A DNA stretch of 64,000 nucleotides from Eledone cirrhosa (taxonomy: Eukaryota): the NCBI GenBank assembly GCA_964016885.1, contig OZ024740.1, positions 435,240,001-435,304,000 of the forward strand, in the 5' to 3' direction. How positions within the stretch are numbered: the stretch's first letter is position 1; each line of letters begins with the position of its first letter. Of this stretch, positions 23,301 through 38,300 are shown piece by piece. A program made the position numbers and the translations under genes. Below the pieces are notes generated by a model, which had not been told where the DNA came from, did not search any database, and saw only the letters and a list, made by a program, of their open reading frames with translations.

Positions 23301-26300
23301 AACACCAGGTATTGTGTACTTTAGTATCAAGTAACACCGGGTATTGTGTATTTCAGTGTCAAGCAACACCAGGTATTGTGTACTTCAGTGTCAAGTAACA
23401 CCAGGTATTGTGTACTTCAGTGTCAAGTAACACCAGGTGTTGTGTACTTTAGTGTCATGTAACACCAGGTATTGTGTACTTTAGTATCAAGTAACACCAG
23501 GTATTGTGTACTTCAGTGACAAGTAACACCAGGTATTGTGTACTTTAGTGTCATGTAACACCAGGTATTGTGTACTTCAGTGTCAAGTAACACCAGGTAT
23601 TGTTTACTTTAGTGTCAAGTAACACCAGGTATTGTGTACTTTAGTGTCAAGTAACACCAGGTATTGTGTACTTCAGTGTCAAGTAACACCAGGTATTGTG
23701 TACTTCAGTGTCAAGTAACACCAGGTATTGTGTAATTTAGTGTCAAGTTACACCAGGTATTGTGTACTTCAGTGTCAAGTAACACCAGGTATTGTTTACT
23801 TTAGTGTCAAGTAACACCAGGTATTGTGTACTTTAGTATCAAGTAACACCAGGTATTTTGTACTTCAGTGTCAAGTAACACCAGGTATTGTGTACTTTAG
23901 TATCAAGTAACACCAGGTATTGTGTACTTCAGTGTCAAGTAACACCAGGTATTGTGTACTTCAGTGTCAAGTATTGCTAGGTATTGTGTACTTCAGTGTC
24001 AAGTAACACCAGGTATTGTGTATTTAGTATCAAGTAACACCAGGTATTGTGTACTTCAGTGTCAAGTAACACCAGGTATTGTGTAATTTAGTGTCAAGTA
24101 ACAACAGGTATTGTGTACTTTAGTATCAAGTAACACCCGGTATTGTGTACTTCAGTGTCAAGTAACACCAGGTATTGTGTACTTCAGTGTCAAGTAACAC
24201 CAGGTATTGTGTAATTTAGTGTCAAGTAAAACCAGGTATTGTGTACTTCAGTGTCAAGTAACACCAGGTATTGTGTACTTCAGTGTCAAGTAACACCAGG
24301 TATTGTGTACTTCAGTATCAAGTAAAACCAGGTATTGTGTACTTCAGTGTCAAGTAACACTAGGTATTGTGTACTTTAGTATCAAGTAACAATCGGTATT
24401 GTGTACTTCAGTGTCAAGTAACACTAGGAATTGTGTACTTTAGTACCAAGTAACACTAGGTATTGTGTACTTCAGTGTGAAGTAACACCCGGTATTGTGT
24501 ACTTTAGTATCAAGAAACACCAGATATTGTGTACTTTAGTATCAAGTAACACCAGGTATTGTGTACTTTAGTGTCATGTAACACCAGGTATTGTGTACGT
24601 TAGTATCAACTAACACCAGGTATTGTGTACTTCAGTATCAAGTAAAATCAGGTATTGTTTACTTCAGTGTCAAGTAACACCATGTATTGTGTACTTTAGT
24701 GTCAAGTAACAGCAGGTATCGTGTACTTTAGTATCAAGTAACACCGGGTATTGTGTACTTCAGTGTCAAGTAACACCAGGTATTGTGTACTTTAGTGTCA
24801 TGTAACACCAGGTATTGTGTACTTTAGTATCAAGTAACACCAGGTATTGTGTACTTTAGTGTCATGTAACACCAGGTATTGTGTACTTTAGTATCAAGTA
24901 ACACCAGGAATTGTGTATTTTAGTGTCAAGTAACACCAGGTATTGTGTACTTTAGCATCAAGTAACACCAGGTATTGTGTACTTTAGTATCAAGTAACAC
25001 CAGGTATTGTGTACTTCAGTGTCAAGTTAAACTAGGTGTTGTGTACTTTAGTGTCAAGTAACACCAGGTATTGTGTACTTTAGTGTCAAGTAACAGCAGG
25101 TATTGTGTACTTTAGTATCAAGTAACACCAGGTATTGTGTACTTTAGTGTCAAGTAACAGCAGGTATCGTGTACTTTAGTATCAAGTAACACCGGGTATT
25201 GTGTACTTCAGTGTCAAGTAACACCAGGTATTGTGTACTTCAGTGTCAAGTAACACCAGGTATTGAGTACTTTAGTGTCATGTAACACCAGGTATTGTGT
25301 ACTTCAGTGTCAACTAACACCAGGTATTGTGTACTTTAGTGTCAAGTAACACCAGGTATTGTGTACTTTAGTATCAAGTAACACCAGTTATTGTGTACTT
25401 CAGTGTCAAGTAACACCGGGTATTGTGTACTTCAGTGTGAAGTAACACCAGGTATTGTGTACTTCAGTGTCAAGTAACACCAGGTATTGTGTAATTTAGT
25501 GTCAAGTAACACCAGGTATTGTGTACTTTAGTATCAAGTAACACCCGGTATTGTGTACTTCAGTATCAAGTAACACCAGGTATTGTGTAATTTAGTATCA
25601 AGTAACACCAGGTATTGTGTACTTCAGTGTCAAGTAACACCAGGTATTGTGTACTTTAGTGTCAAGTAACACCAGGTATTGTGTAATTGAGTATCAAGTA
25701 ACACCAGGTATTGTGTACTTCAGTGTCAAGTAACACCAGGTATTGTGTACTACAGTGTCAAGTATTGCTAGGTATTGTGTACTTCAGTGTCAAGTAACAC
25801 CAGGTATTGTGTACTTTAGTGTCATGTAACACCAGGTATTGTGTCCTTTAGTGTCATGTAACACCAGGTATTGTGTACTTTAGTGTCATCTAACACCAGG
25901 TATTGTGTACTTTAGTGTCATGTAACACCAGGTAGTGTGTACTTTAGTGTCAAGTAACACCAGGTATTGTGTATTTAGTATCAAGTAAAACCAGGTATTG
26001 TGTACTTTAGTATCAAGTAACACCAGGTATTGTGTACTTCAGTGTCAAGTAACACCAGATATTGTGTACTTTAGTGTCAAGTAACACCAGGTATTGTGTA
26101 CTTTAGTATCAAGTAACACCAGGTATTGTGTACTTCAGTGTCAAGTAACACCGGGTATTGTGTACTTCAGTGTCAAGTAACACCAGGTATTGTGTACTTT
26201 AGTATCAAGTAACACCAGGTATTGTGTACTTTAGTATCAAGTAACACCGGGTATTTTGTATTTCAGTGTCAAGCAACACCAGGTATTGTGTACTTCAGTG

Positions 26301-29300
26301 TCAAGTAACACCAGGTATTGTGTACTTCAGTGTCAAGTAACACCAGGTGTTGTGTACTTTAGTGTCATGTAACACCAGGTATTGTGTACTTTAGTATCAA
26401 GTAACACCAGGTATTGTGTACTTCAGTGACAAGTAACACCAGGTATTGTGTACTTTAGTGTCATGTAACACCAGGTATTGTGTACTTCAGTGTCAAGTAA
26501 CACCAGGTATTGTTTACTTTAGTGTCAAGTAACACCAGGTATTGTGTACTTTAGTGTCAAGTAACACCAGGTATTGTGTACTTCAGTGTCAAGTAACACC
26601 AGGTATTGTGTACTTCAGTGTCAAGTAACACCAGGTATTGTGTAATTTAGTGTCAAGTTACACCAGGTATTGTGTACTTCAGTGTCAAGTAACACCAGGT
26701 ATTGTTTACTTTAGTGTCAAGTAACACCAGGTATTGTGTACTTTAGTATCAAGTAACACCAGGTATTTTGTACTTCAGTGTCAAGTAACACCAGGTATTG
26801 TGTACTTTAGTATCAAGTAACACCAGGTATTGTGTACTTCAGTGTCAACTAACACCAGGTATTGTGTACTTCAGTGTCAAGTATTGCTAGGTATTGTGTA
26901 CTTCAGTGTCAAGTAACACCAGGTATTGTGTATTTAGTATCAAGTAACACCAGGTATTGTGTACTTCAGTGTCAAGTAACACCAGGTATTGTGTAATTTA
27001 GTGTCAAGTAACAACAGGTATTGTGTACTTTAGTATCAAGTAACACCCGGTATTGTGTACTTCAGTGTCAAGTAACACCAGGTATTGTGTACTTCAGTGT
27101 CAAGTAACACCAGGTATTGTGTAATTTAGTGTCAAGTAAAACCAGGTATTGTGTACTTCAGTGTCAAGTAACACCAGGTATTGTGTACTTCAGTGTCAAG
27201 TAACACCAGGTATTGTGTACTTTAGTATCAAGTAACACCAGGTATTGTGTACTTCAGTATCAAGTAACACCAGGTATTGTGTACTTCAGTATCAAGTAAC
27301 ACCAGGTATTGTGTACTTCAGTGTCAAGTAACACCCGGTATTGTGTACTTCAGTGTCAAGTAACACCAGGTATTGTGTACTTTAGTGTCAAGTAACACCA
27401 GGTATTGTGTAATTGAGTATCAAGTAACACCAGGTATTGTGTACTTCAGTGTCAAGTAACACCAGGTATTGTGTACTTCAGTGTCAAGTATTGCTAGGTA
27501 TTGTGTACTTCAGTGTCAAGTAACACCAGGTATTGTGTACTTCAGTGTAAAGTAACACCAGGTATTGTGTACTTCAGTGTCATGTAACACCAGGTATTGT
27601 GTACTTCAGTGTCAAGTAACACTAGGTATTGTGTACTTCAGTGTCAAGTAACACCAGGCATTGTGTACTTTAGTGTCAAGTAACACCAGGTATTGTGTAC
27701 TTTAGTGTGAAGTAACAGCAGGCATTGTGTACTTTAGTATCAAGTAACACCATGTATTGTGTACTTTAGTGTCAAGTAACAGCAGGTATCGTGTACTTTA
27801 GTATCAAGTAACACCGGGTATTGTGTACTTCAGTGTCAAGTAACACCAGGTATTGTGTACTTTAGTGTCATGTAACACCAGGTATTGTGTACTTTAGTAT
27901 CAAGTAACACCAGGTATTGTGTACTTTAGTGTCATGTAACACCAGGTATTGTGTACTTTAGTATCAAGTAACACCAGGTATTGTGTATTTTAGTGTCAAG
28001 TAACACCAGGTATTGTGTACTTTAGCATCAAGTAACACCAGGTACTGTGTACTTTAGTATCAAGTAACACCAGGTAATGTGTACTTCAGTGTCAAGTAAC
28101 ACTAGGTGTTGTGTACTTTAGTGTCAAGTAACACCAGGTATTGTGTACTTTAGTGTCAAGTAACAGCAGGTATTGTGTACTTTAGTATCAAGTAACACCA
28201 GGTATTGTGTACTTTAGTGTCAAGTAACAGCAGGTATCGTGTACTTTAGTATCAAGTAACACCGGGTATTGTGTACTTCAGTGTCAAGTAACACCAGGTA
28301 TTGTGTACTTCAGTGTCAAGTAACACCAGGTATTGTGTAATTTAGTGTCATGTAACACCAGGTATTGTGTACTTCAGTGTCAAGTAACACCAGGTATTGT
28401 GTACTTTAGTGGCAAGTAACACCAGGTATTGTGTACTTTAGTATCAAGTAACACCAGTTATTGTGTACTTCAGTGTCAAGTAACACCGGGTATTGTGTAC
28501 TTCAGTGTGAAGTAACACCAGGTATTGTGTACTTCAGTGTCAAGTAACACCAGGTATTGTGTAATTTAGTGTCAAGTAACACCAGGTATTGTGTACTTTA
28601 GTATCAAGTAACACCCGGTATTGTGTACTTCAGTATCAAGTAACACCAGGTATTGTGTACTTCAGTATCAAGTAACACCAGGTATTGTGTACTTCAGTGT
28701 CAAGTAACACCAGGTATTGTGTACTTTAGTGTCAAGTAACACCAGGTATTGTGTAATTGAGTATCAAGTAACACCAGGTATTGTGTACTTCAGTGTCAAG
28801 TAACACCTGGTATTGTGTACTTCAGTGTCAAGTATTGCTAGGTATTGTGTACTTCAGTGTCAAGTAACACCAGGTATTGTGTACTTTAGTGTCATGTAAC
28901 ACCAGGTATTGTGTCCTTTAGTGTCATGTAACACCAGGTATTGTGTACTTTAGTGTCATCTAACACCAGGTATTGTGTACGTTAGTGTCATGTAACACCA
29001 GGTATTGTGTACTTTCGTGTCAAGTAACACCAGGTATTGTGTATTTAGTATCAAGTAAAACCAGGTATTGTCTACTTTAGTATCAAGTAACACCAGGTAT
29101 TGTGTACTTCAGTGTCAAGTAACACCAGATATTGTGTACTTTAGTGTCAAGTAACACCAGGTATTGTGTACTTTAGTATCAAGTAACACCAGGTATTGTG
29201 TACTTCAGTGTAAAGTAACACCAGGTATTGTGTACTTCAGTGTCAAGTAACACCAGGTATTGTGTAATTTAGTGTCAAGTTACACCAGGTATTGTGTACT

Positions 29301-32300
29301 TCAGTGTCAAGTAACACCAGGTATTGTTTACTTTAGTGTCAAGTAACACCAGGTATTGTGTACTTTAGTATCAAGTAACACCAGGTATTTTGTACTTCAG
29401 TGTCAAGTAACAGCAGGTATTGTGTACTTTAGTATCAAGTAACACCAGGTATTGTGTACTTCAGTGTCAACTAACACCAGGTATTGTGTACTTCAGTGTC
29501 AAGTATTGCTAGGTATTGTGTACTTCAGTGTCAAGTAACACCAGGTATTGTGTATTTAGTATCAAGTAACACCAGGTATTGTGTACTTCAGTGTCAAGTA
29601 ACACCAGGTATTGTGTAATTTAGTGTCAAGTAACAACAGGTATTGTGTACTTTAGTATCAAGTAACACCCGGTATTGTGTACTTCAGTGTCAAGTAACAC
29701 CAGGTATTGTGTACTTCAGTGTCAAGTAACACCAGGTATTGTGTAATTTAGTGTCAAGTAAAACCAGGTATTGTGTACTTCAGTGTCAAGTAACACCAGG
29801 TATTGTGTACTTCAGTGTCAAGTAACACCAGGTATTGTGTACTTTAGTATCAAGTAACACCAGGTATTGTGTACTTCAGTATCAAGTAACACCAGGTATT
29901 GTGTACTTCAGTATCAAGTAACACCAGGTATTGTGTACTTCAGTGTCAAGTAACACCCGGTATTGTGTACTTCAGTGTCAAGTAACACCAGGTATTGTGT
30001 ACTTTAGTGTCAAGTAACACCAGGTATTGTGTAATTGAGTATCAAGTAACACCAGGTATTGTGTACTTCAGTGTCAAGTAACACCAGGTATTGTGTACTT
30101 CAGTGTCAAGTATTGCTAGGTATTGTGTACTTCAGTGTCAAGTAACACCAGGTATTGTGTACTTCAGTGTAAAGTAACACCAGGTATTGTGTACTTCAGT
30201 GTCATGTAACACCAGGTATTGTGTACTTCAGTGTCAAGTAACACTAGGTATTGTGTACTTCAGTGTCAAGTAACACCAGGCATTGTGTACTTTAGTGTCA
30301 AGTAACACCAGGTATTGTGTACTTTAGTGTGAAGTAACAGCAGGCATTGTGTACTTTAGTATCAAGTAACACCATGTATTGTGTACTTTAGTGTCAAGTA
30401 ACAGCAGGTATCGTGTACTTTAGTATCAAGTAACACCGGGTATTGTGTACTTCAGTGTCAAGTAACACCAGGTATTGTGTACTTTAGTGTCATGTAACAC
30501 CAGGTATTGTGTACTTTAGTATCAAGTAACACCAGGTATTGTGTACTTTAGTGTCATGTAACACCAGGTATTGTGTACTTTAGTATCAAGTAACATCAGG
30601 TATTGTGTATTTTAGTGTCAAGTAACACCAGGTATTGTGTACTTTAGCATCAAGTAACACCAGGTACTGTGTACTTTAGTATCAAGTAACACCAGGTAAT
30701 GTGTACTTCAGTGTCAAGTAACACTAGGTGTTGTGTACTTTAGTGTCAAGTAACACCAGGTATTGTGTACTTTAGTGTCAAGTAACAGCAGGTATTGTGT
30801 ACTTTAGTATCAAGTAACACCAGGTATTGTGTACTTTAGTGTCAAGTAACAGCAGGTATCGTGTACTTTAGTATCAAGTAACACCGGGTATTGTGTACTT
30901 CAGTGTCAAGTAACACCAGGTATTGTGTACTTCAGTGTCAAGTAACACCAGGTATTGTGTAATTTAGTGTCATGTAACACCAGGTATTGTGTACTTCAGT
31001 GTCAAGTAACACCAGGTATTGTGTACTTTAGTGTCAAGTAACACCAGGTATTGTGTAGTTTAGTATCAAGTAACACCAGTTATTGTGTACTTCAGTGTCA
31101 AGTAACACCGGGTATTGTGTACTTCAGTGTGAAGTAACACCAGGTATTGTGTACTTCAGTGTCAAGTAACACCAGGTATTGTGTAATTTAGTGTCAAGTA
31201 ACACCAGGTATTGTGTACTTTAGTATCAAGTAACACCCGGTATTGTGTACTTCAGTATCAAGTAACACCAGGTATTGTGTACTTCAGTATCAAGTAACAC
31301 CAGGTATTGTGTACTTCAGTGTCAAGTAACACCAGGTATTGTGTACTTTAGTGTCAAGTAACACCAGGTATTGTGTAATTGAGTATCAAGTAACACCAGG
31401 TATTGTGTACTTCAGTGTCAAGTAACACCTGGTATTGTGTACTTCAGTGTCAAGTATTGCTAGGTATTGTGTACTTCAGTGTCAAGTAACACCAGGTATT
31501 GTGTACTTTAGTGTCATGTAACACCAGGTATTGTGTCCTTTAGTGTCATGTAACACCAGGTATTGTGTACTTTAGTGTCATCTAACACCAGGTATTGTGT
31601 ACGTTAGTGTCATGTAACACCAGGTATTGTGTACTTTCGTGTCAAGTAACACCAGGTATTGTGTATTTAGTATCAAGTAAAACCAGGTATTGTCTACTTT
31701 AGTATCAAGTAACACCAGGTATTGTGTACTTCAGTGTCAAGTAACACCAGATATTGTGTACTTTAGTGTCAAGTAACACCAGGTATTGTGTACTTTAGTA
31801 TCAAGTAACACCAGGTATTGTGTACTTCAGTGTAAAGTAACACCAGGTATTGTGTACTTCAGTGTCATGTAACACCAGGTATTGTGTACTTCAGTGTCAA
31901 GTAACACTAGGTATTGTGTACTTCAGTGTCAAGTAACACCAGGCATTGTGTACTTTAGTGTCAAGTAACACCAGGTATTGTGTACTTTAGTGTCAAGTAA
32001 CAGCAGGCATTGTGTACTTTAGTATCAAGTAACACCATGTATTGTGTACTTTAGTGTCAAGTAACAGCAGGTATCGTGTACTTTAGTATCAAGTAACACC
32101 GGGTATTGTGTACTTCAGTGTCAAGTAACACCAGGTATTGTGTACTTTAGTGTCATGTAACACCAGGTATTGTGTACTTTAGTATCAAGTAACACCAGGT
32201 ATTGTGTACTTTAGTGTCATGTAACACCAGGTATTGTGTACTTTAGTATCAAGTAACACCAGGTATTGTGTATTTTAGTGTCAAGTAACACCAGGTATTG

Positions 32301-35300
32301 TGTACTTTAGCATCAAGTAACACCAGGTACTGTGTACTTTAGTATCAAGTAACACCAGGTAATGTCTACTTCAGTGTCAAGTAACACTAGGTGTTGTGTA
32401 CTTTAGTGTCAAGTAACACCAGGTATTGTGTACTTTAGTGTCAAGTAACAGCAGGTATTGTGTACTTTAGTATCAAGTAACACCAGGTATTGTGTACTTT
32501 AGTGTCAAGTAACAGCAGGTATCGTGTACTTTAGTATCAAGTAACACCGGGTATTGTGTACTTCAGTGTCAAGTAACACCAGGTATTGTGTACTTCAGTG
32601 TCAAGTAACACCAGGTATTGTGTAATTTAGTGTCATGTAACACCAGGTATTGTGTACTTCAGTGTCAAGTAACACCAGGTATTGTGTACTTTAGTGTCAA
32701 GTAACACCAGGTATTGTGTACTTTAGTATCAAGTAACACCAGTTATTGTGTACTTCAGTGTCAAGTAACACCGGGTATTGTGTACTTCAGTGTGAAGTAA
32801 CACCAGGTATTGTGTACTTCAGTGTCAAGTAACACCAGGTATTGTGTAATTTAGTGTCAAGTAACACCAGGTATTGTGTACTTTAGTATCAAGTAACACC
32901 CGGTATTGTGTACTTCAGTATCAAGTAACACCAGGTATTGTGTACTTCAGTATCAAGTAACACCAGGTATTGTGTACTTCAGTGTCAAGTAACACCAGGT
33001 ATTGTGTACTTTAGTGTCAAGTAACACCAGGTATTGTGTAATTGAGTATCAAGTAACACCAGGTATTGTGTACTTCAGTGTCAAGTAACACCAGGTATTG
33101 TGTACTTCAGTGTCAAGTATTGCTAGGTATTGTGTACTTCAGTGTCAAGTAACACCAGGTATTGTGTACTTTAGTGTCATGTAACACCAGGTATTGTGTC
33201 CTTTAGTGTCATGTAACACCAGGTATTGTGTACTTTAGTTTCATCTAACACCAGGTATTGTGTACGTTAGTGTCATGTAACACCAGGTATTGTGTACTTT
33301 AGTGTCAAGTAACACCAGGTATTGTGTATTTAGTATGAAGTAAAACCAGGTATTGTGTACTTTAGTATCAAGTAACACCAGGTATTGTGTACTTCAGTGT
33401 CAAGTAACACCAGATATTGTGTACTTTAGTGTCAAGTAACACCAGGTATTGTGTACTTCAGTGTCAAATAACACCGGGTATTGTGTACTTCAGTGTCAAG
33501 TAACACCAGGTATTGTGTACTTTAGTATCAAGTAACACCTGGTATTGTGTACTTTCGTATCAAGTAACACCGGGTATTGTGTATTTCAGTGTCAAGCAAC
33601 ACCAGGTATTGTGTACTTCAGTGTCAAGTAACACCAGGTATTGTGTACTTCAGTGTCAAGTAACACCAAGTATTGTGTACTTTAGTGTCATGTAACACCA
33701 GGTATTGTGTACTTTAGTATCAAGTAACACCAGGTATTGTGTACTTCAGTGTCAAGTAACACCAGGTATTGTGTACTTTAGTGTCATGTAACACCAGGTA
33801 TTGTGTACTTCCGTGTCAAGTAACACCAGGTATTGTTTACTTTAGTGTCAAGTAACAACAGGTATTGTGTACTTTAGTGTCAAGTAACACCAGGTATTGT
33901 GTACTTCAGTGTCAAGTAACACCAGGTATTGTGTACTTCAGTGTCAAGTAACACCAGGTATTGTGTAATTTAGTGTCAAGTTACACCAGGTATTGTGTAC
34001 TTCAGTGTCAAGTAACACCAGGTATTGTTTACTTTAGTGTCAAGTAACACCAGGTATTGTGTACTTTAGTATCAAGTAACACCAGGTATTTTGTACTTCA
34101 GTGTCAAGTAACACCAGGTATTGTGTACTTTAGTATCAAGTAACACCAGGTATTGTGTACTTCAGTGTCAAGTAACACCAGGTATTCCGTACTTCAGTGT
34201 CAAGTATTGCTAGGTATTGTGTACTTCAGTGTCAAGTAACACCAGGTATTGTGTATTTAGTATCAAGTAACACCAGGTATCGTGTAATTTAGTGTCAAGT
34301 AACAACAGGTACTGTGTACTTTAGTATCAAGTAACACCCGGTATTGTGTACTTCAGTGTCAAGTAACACCAGGTATGGTGTACTTCAGTGTCAAGTAACA
34401 CCAGGTATTGTGTACTTCAGTGTCAAGTAACACCAGGTATTGTGTAATTTAGTGTCAAGTAAAACCAGGTATTGTGTACTTCAGTGTCAAGTAACACCAG
34501 GTATTGTGTACTTCAGTGTCAAGTAACACCAGGTATTGTGTACTTTAGTATCAAGTAACACCAGGTATTGTGTACTTCAGTATCAAGTAACACCAGGTAT
34601 TGTGTACTTCAGTATCAAGTAACACCAGGTATTGTGTATTCAGTGTCAAGTAACACCCGGTATTGTGTACTTCAGTGTCAAGTAACACCAGGTATTGTGT
34701 ACTTTAGTGTCAAGTAACACCAGGTATTGTGTAATTGAGTATCAATTAACACCAGGTATTGTGTACTTCAGTGTCAAGTAAAACCAGGTATTGTGTATTT
34801 CAGTGTCAAGTATTGCTAGGTATTGTGTACTTCAGTGTCAAGTAACACCAGGTATTGTGTACTTCAGTGTCAAGTAACACCAGGTATTATGTACTTCAGT
34901 GTCATGTAACACCAGGTATTGTGTACTTCAGTGTCAAGTAACACCAGGTATTGTGTACTTCAGTGTCATGTAACACCAGGTATTGTGTACTTCAGTGTCA
35001 AGTAACACCGGGTATTGTGTACTTCAGTGTGAAGTAACACCAGGTATTGTGTACTTCAGTGTCAAGTAACACCAGGTATTGTGTACTTTAGTGTCAAGTA
35101 ACACCGGGTATTGTGTATTTCAGTGTCAAGTAACACCAGGTATTGTGTACTTCAGTGTCAAGTAACACCAGGTATTGTGTACTTCAGTGTCAAGTAACTC
35201 CAGGTATTGTGTATTTCAGTATCAAGTAACACCAGATATTGTGTACTTCAGTATCAACTAACACCACGTATTGTGTACTTTAGTGTCAAGTAACACCAGG

Positions 35301-38300
35301 TATTGTGTACTTCAGTGTCAAGTAACACCAGGTATTGTGTACTTCAGTGTCAAGTAACACCAGGTATTGTGTACTTCAGTGTCAAGTAACACCAGGTATT
35401 GTGTACTTTAGTATCAAGTAACACCAGGTATTGTGTACTTCAGTGTCAAATAACACCAAGTACTGTGTACTTCAGTGTCAAGTAACTCCAGGTATTGTGT
35501 ATTTCAGTGTCAAGTAACACCAGGTATTGTGTATTTCAGTATCAAGTAACACCAGGTATTGTGTACTTTAGTATCAAGTAACACCAGGTATTGTGTACTT
35601 CAGTATCAAGTAACACCAGGTATTGTGTACTTTAGTATCAAGTAACACCAGGTATTGTGTACTTCAGTGTCAAGTAACACCAGGTATTGTGTACTTTAGT
35701 GTCATGTAACACCAGGTATTGTGTATTTTAGTGTCAAGTAACTCCAGGTATTGTGTACTTCAGTATCAAGAAAAACCAGGTATTGTGTACTTCAGTGTCA
35801 AGTAACACTAGGTATTGTGTACTTTAGTATCAAGTAACAATCGGTATTGTGTACTTCAGTGTCAAGTAACACTAGGAATTGTGTACTTTAGTACCAAGTA
35901 ACACTAGGTATTGTGTACTTCAGTGTGAAGTAACACCCGGTATTGTGTAATTTAGTATCAAGTAACACCAGATATTGTGTACTTTAGTATCAAGTAACAC
36001 CAGGTATTGTGTACTTTAGTGTCATGTAACACCAGGTATTGTGTACGTTAGTATCAACTAACACCAGGTATTGTGTACTTCAGTATCAAGTAAAATCAGG
36101 TATTGTGTACTTCAGTGTCAAGTAACACCAGGTATTGTGTACTTTAGAGTCAAGTAACACACAGTATTGTGTACTTTAGTATCAAGTAACACTCGGTATT
36201 GTGTACTTCAGTGTCAAGTAACACCAGGTATTGTGTACTTCAGTGTCAAGTAACACTAGGTATTGTGTACTTCAGTGTCAAGTAACACCAGGTATTGTGT
36301 ACTTTAGTGTCAAGTAACACCAGGTATTGTGTACTTTAGTGTCAAGTAACAGCAGGCATTGTGTACTTTAGTATCAAGTAACACCAGGTATTGTGTATTT
36401 TAGTGTCAAGTAACACTAGGTGTTGTGTACTTTAGTGTCAAGTAACACCAGGTATTGTGTACTTTAGTGTCAAGTAACAGCAGGTATTGTGTACTTTAGT
36501 ATCAAGTAACACCAGGTATTGTGTACTTTAGTGTCAAGTAACAGCAGGTATCGTGTACTTTAGTATCAACTAACACCGGGTATTGTGTACTTCAGTGTCA
36601 AGTAACACCAGGTATTGTGTACTTCAGTGTCAAGTAACACCAGGTATTGTGTACTTTAGTGTCATGTAACACCAGGTATTGTGTACTTCAGTGTCAAGTA
36701 ACACCAGGTATTGTGTACTTTAGTGTCAAGTAACACCAGGTATTGTGTACTTTAGTATCAAGTAACACCAGTTATTGTGTACTTCAGTGTCAAGTAACAC
36801 CGGGTATTGTGTACTTCAGTGTGAAGTAACACCAGGTATTGTGTACTTCAGTGTCAAGTAACACCAGGTATTGTGTAATTTAGTGTCAAGTAACACCAGG
36901 TATTGTGTACTTTAGTATCAAGTAACACCGGGTATTGTGTACTTCAGTATCAAGTAACACCAGGTATTGTGTACTTCAGTATCAAGTAACAACAGGTATT
37001 GTGTACTTCAGTCTCAAGTAACACCAGGTATTGTGTACTTTAGTGTCAAGTACACCAGGTATTGTGTAATTGAGTATCAAGTAACACCAGGTATTGTGTA
37101 CTTCAGTGTCAAGTAACACCAGATATTGTGTACTTTAGTGTCAAGTAACACCAGGTATTGTGTACTTTAGTATCAAGTAACACCAGGTATTGTGTACTTC
37201 AGTGTCAAGTAACACCAGATATTGTGTACTTTAGTGTGAAGTAACACCAGGTATTGTGTACTTTAGTATCAACTAACACCAGGTATTGTGTACGTTAATG
37301 TCAAGTAACACCGGGTATTGTGTAGTTTAGTGTCAAGTAACACCAGGTATTGTGTACTTCAGTGTCAAGTAACACCAGGTATTGTGTAGTTTAGTGTCAA
37401 GTAACACTCGGTATTGTGTACTTCAGTGTCAAGTAACACTAGGAATTGTGTACTATAGTATCAAGTAACACTAGGTATTGTGTACTTCAGTGTCAAGAAA
37501 CACTAGGTATTGTGTACTTCAGTGTCAAGTAACACCCGGTATTGTGTACTTTAGTATCAAGTAACACCAGGTATTGTGTACTTTAGTATCAAGTAACACC
37601 GGGTATTGTGTATTTCAGTGTCAAGCAACACCAGGTATTGTGTACTTCAGTGTCAAGTAACACCAGGTATTGTGTACTTCAGTGTCAAGTAACACCAGGT
37701 GTTGTGTACTTTAGTGTCATGTAACACCAGGTATTGTGTACTTTAGTATCAAGTAACACCAGGTATTGTGTACTTCAGTGTCAAGTATTGCTAGGTATTG
37801 TGTACTTTAGTGTCATGTAACACCAGGTATTGTGTACTTCAGTGTCAAGTAACACTAGGTATTGTGTACTTCAGTGTCAAGTAACACCAGGTATTGTGTA
37901 CTTTAGTGTCAAGTAACACCAGGTATTGTGTACTTTAGTGTCAAGTAACAGCAGGTATTGTGTACTTTAGTATCAAGTAACACCATGTATTGTGTACTTT
38001 AGTGTCAATTAACAGCAGGTATCGTGTACTTTAGTATCAAGTAACACCGGGTATTGTGTACTTCAGTGTCAAGTAACACCAGGTATTGTGTACTTTAGTG
38101 TCATGTAACACCAGGTATTGTGTACTTTAGTATCAAGTAACACCAGGTATTGTGTACTTTAGTGTCATGTAACACCAGGTATTGTGTACTTTAGTATCAA
38201 GTAACACCAGGTATTGTGTATTTTAGTGTCAAGTAACACCAGGTATTGTGTACTTTAGCATCAAGTAACACCAGGTATTGTGTACTTTAGTATCAAGTAA

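Noticed and set aside
33513-33695. 60-aa ORF inside the satellite
   Set aside because: Chance loss of stop codons in variant monomers.
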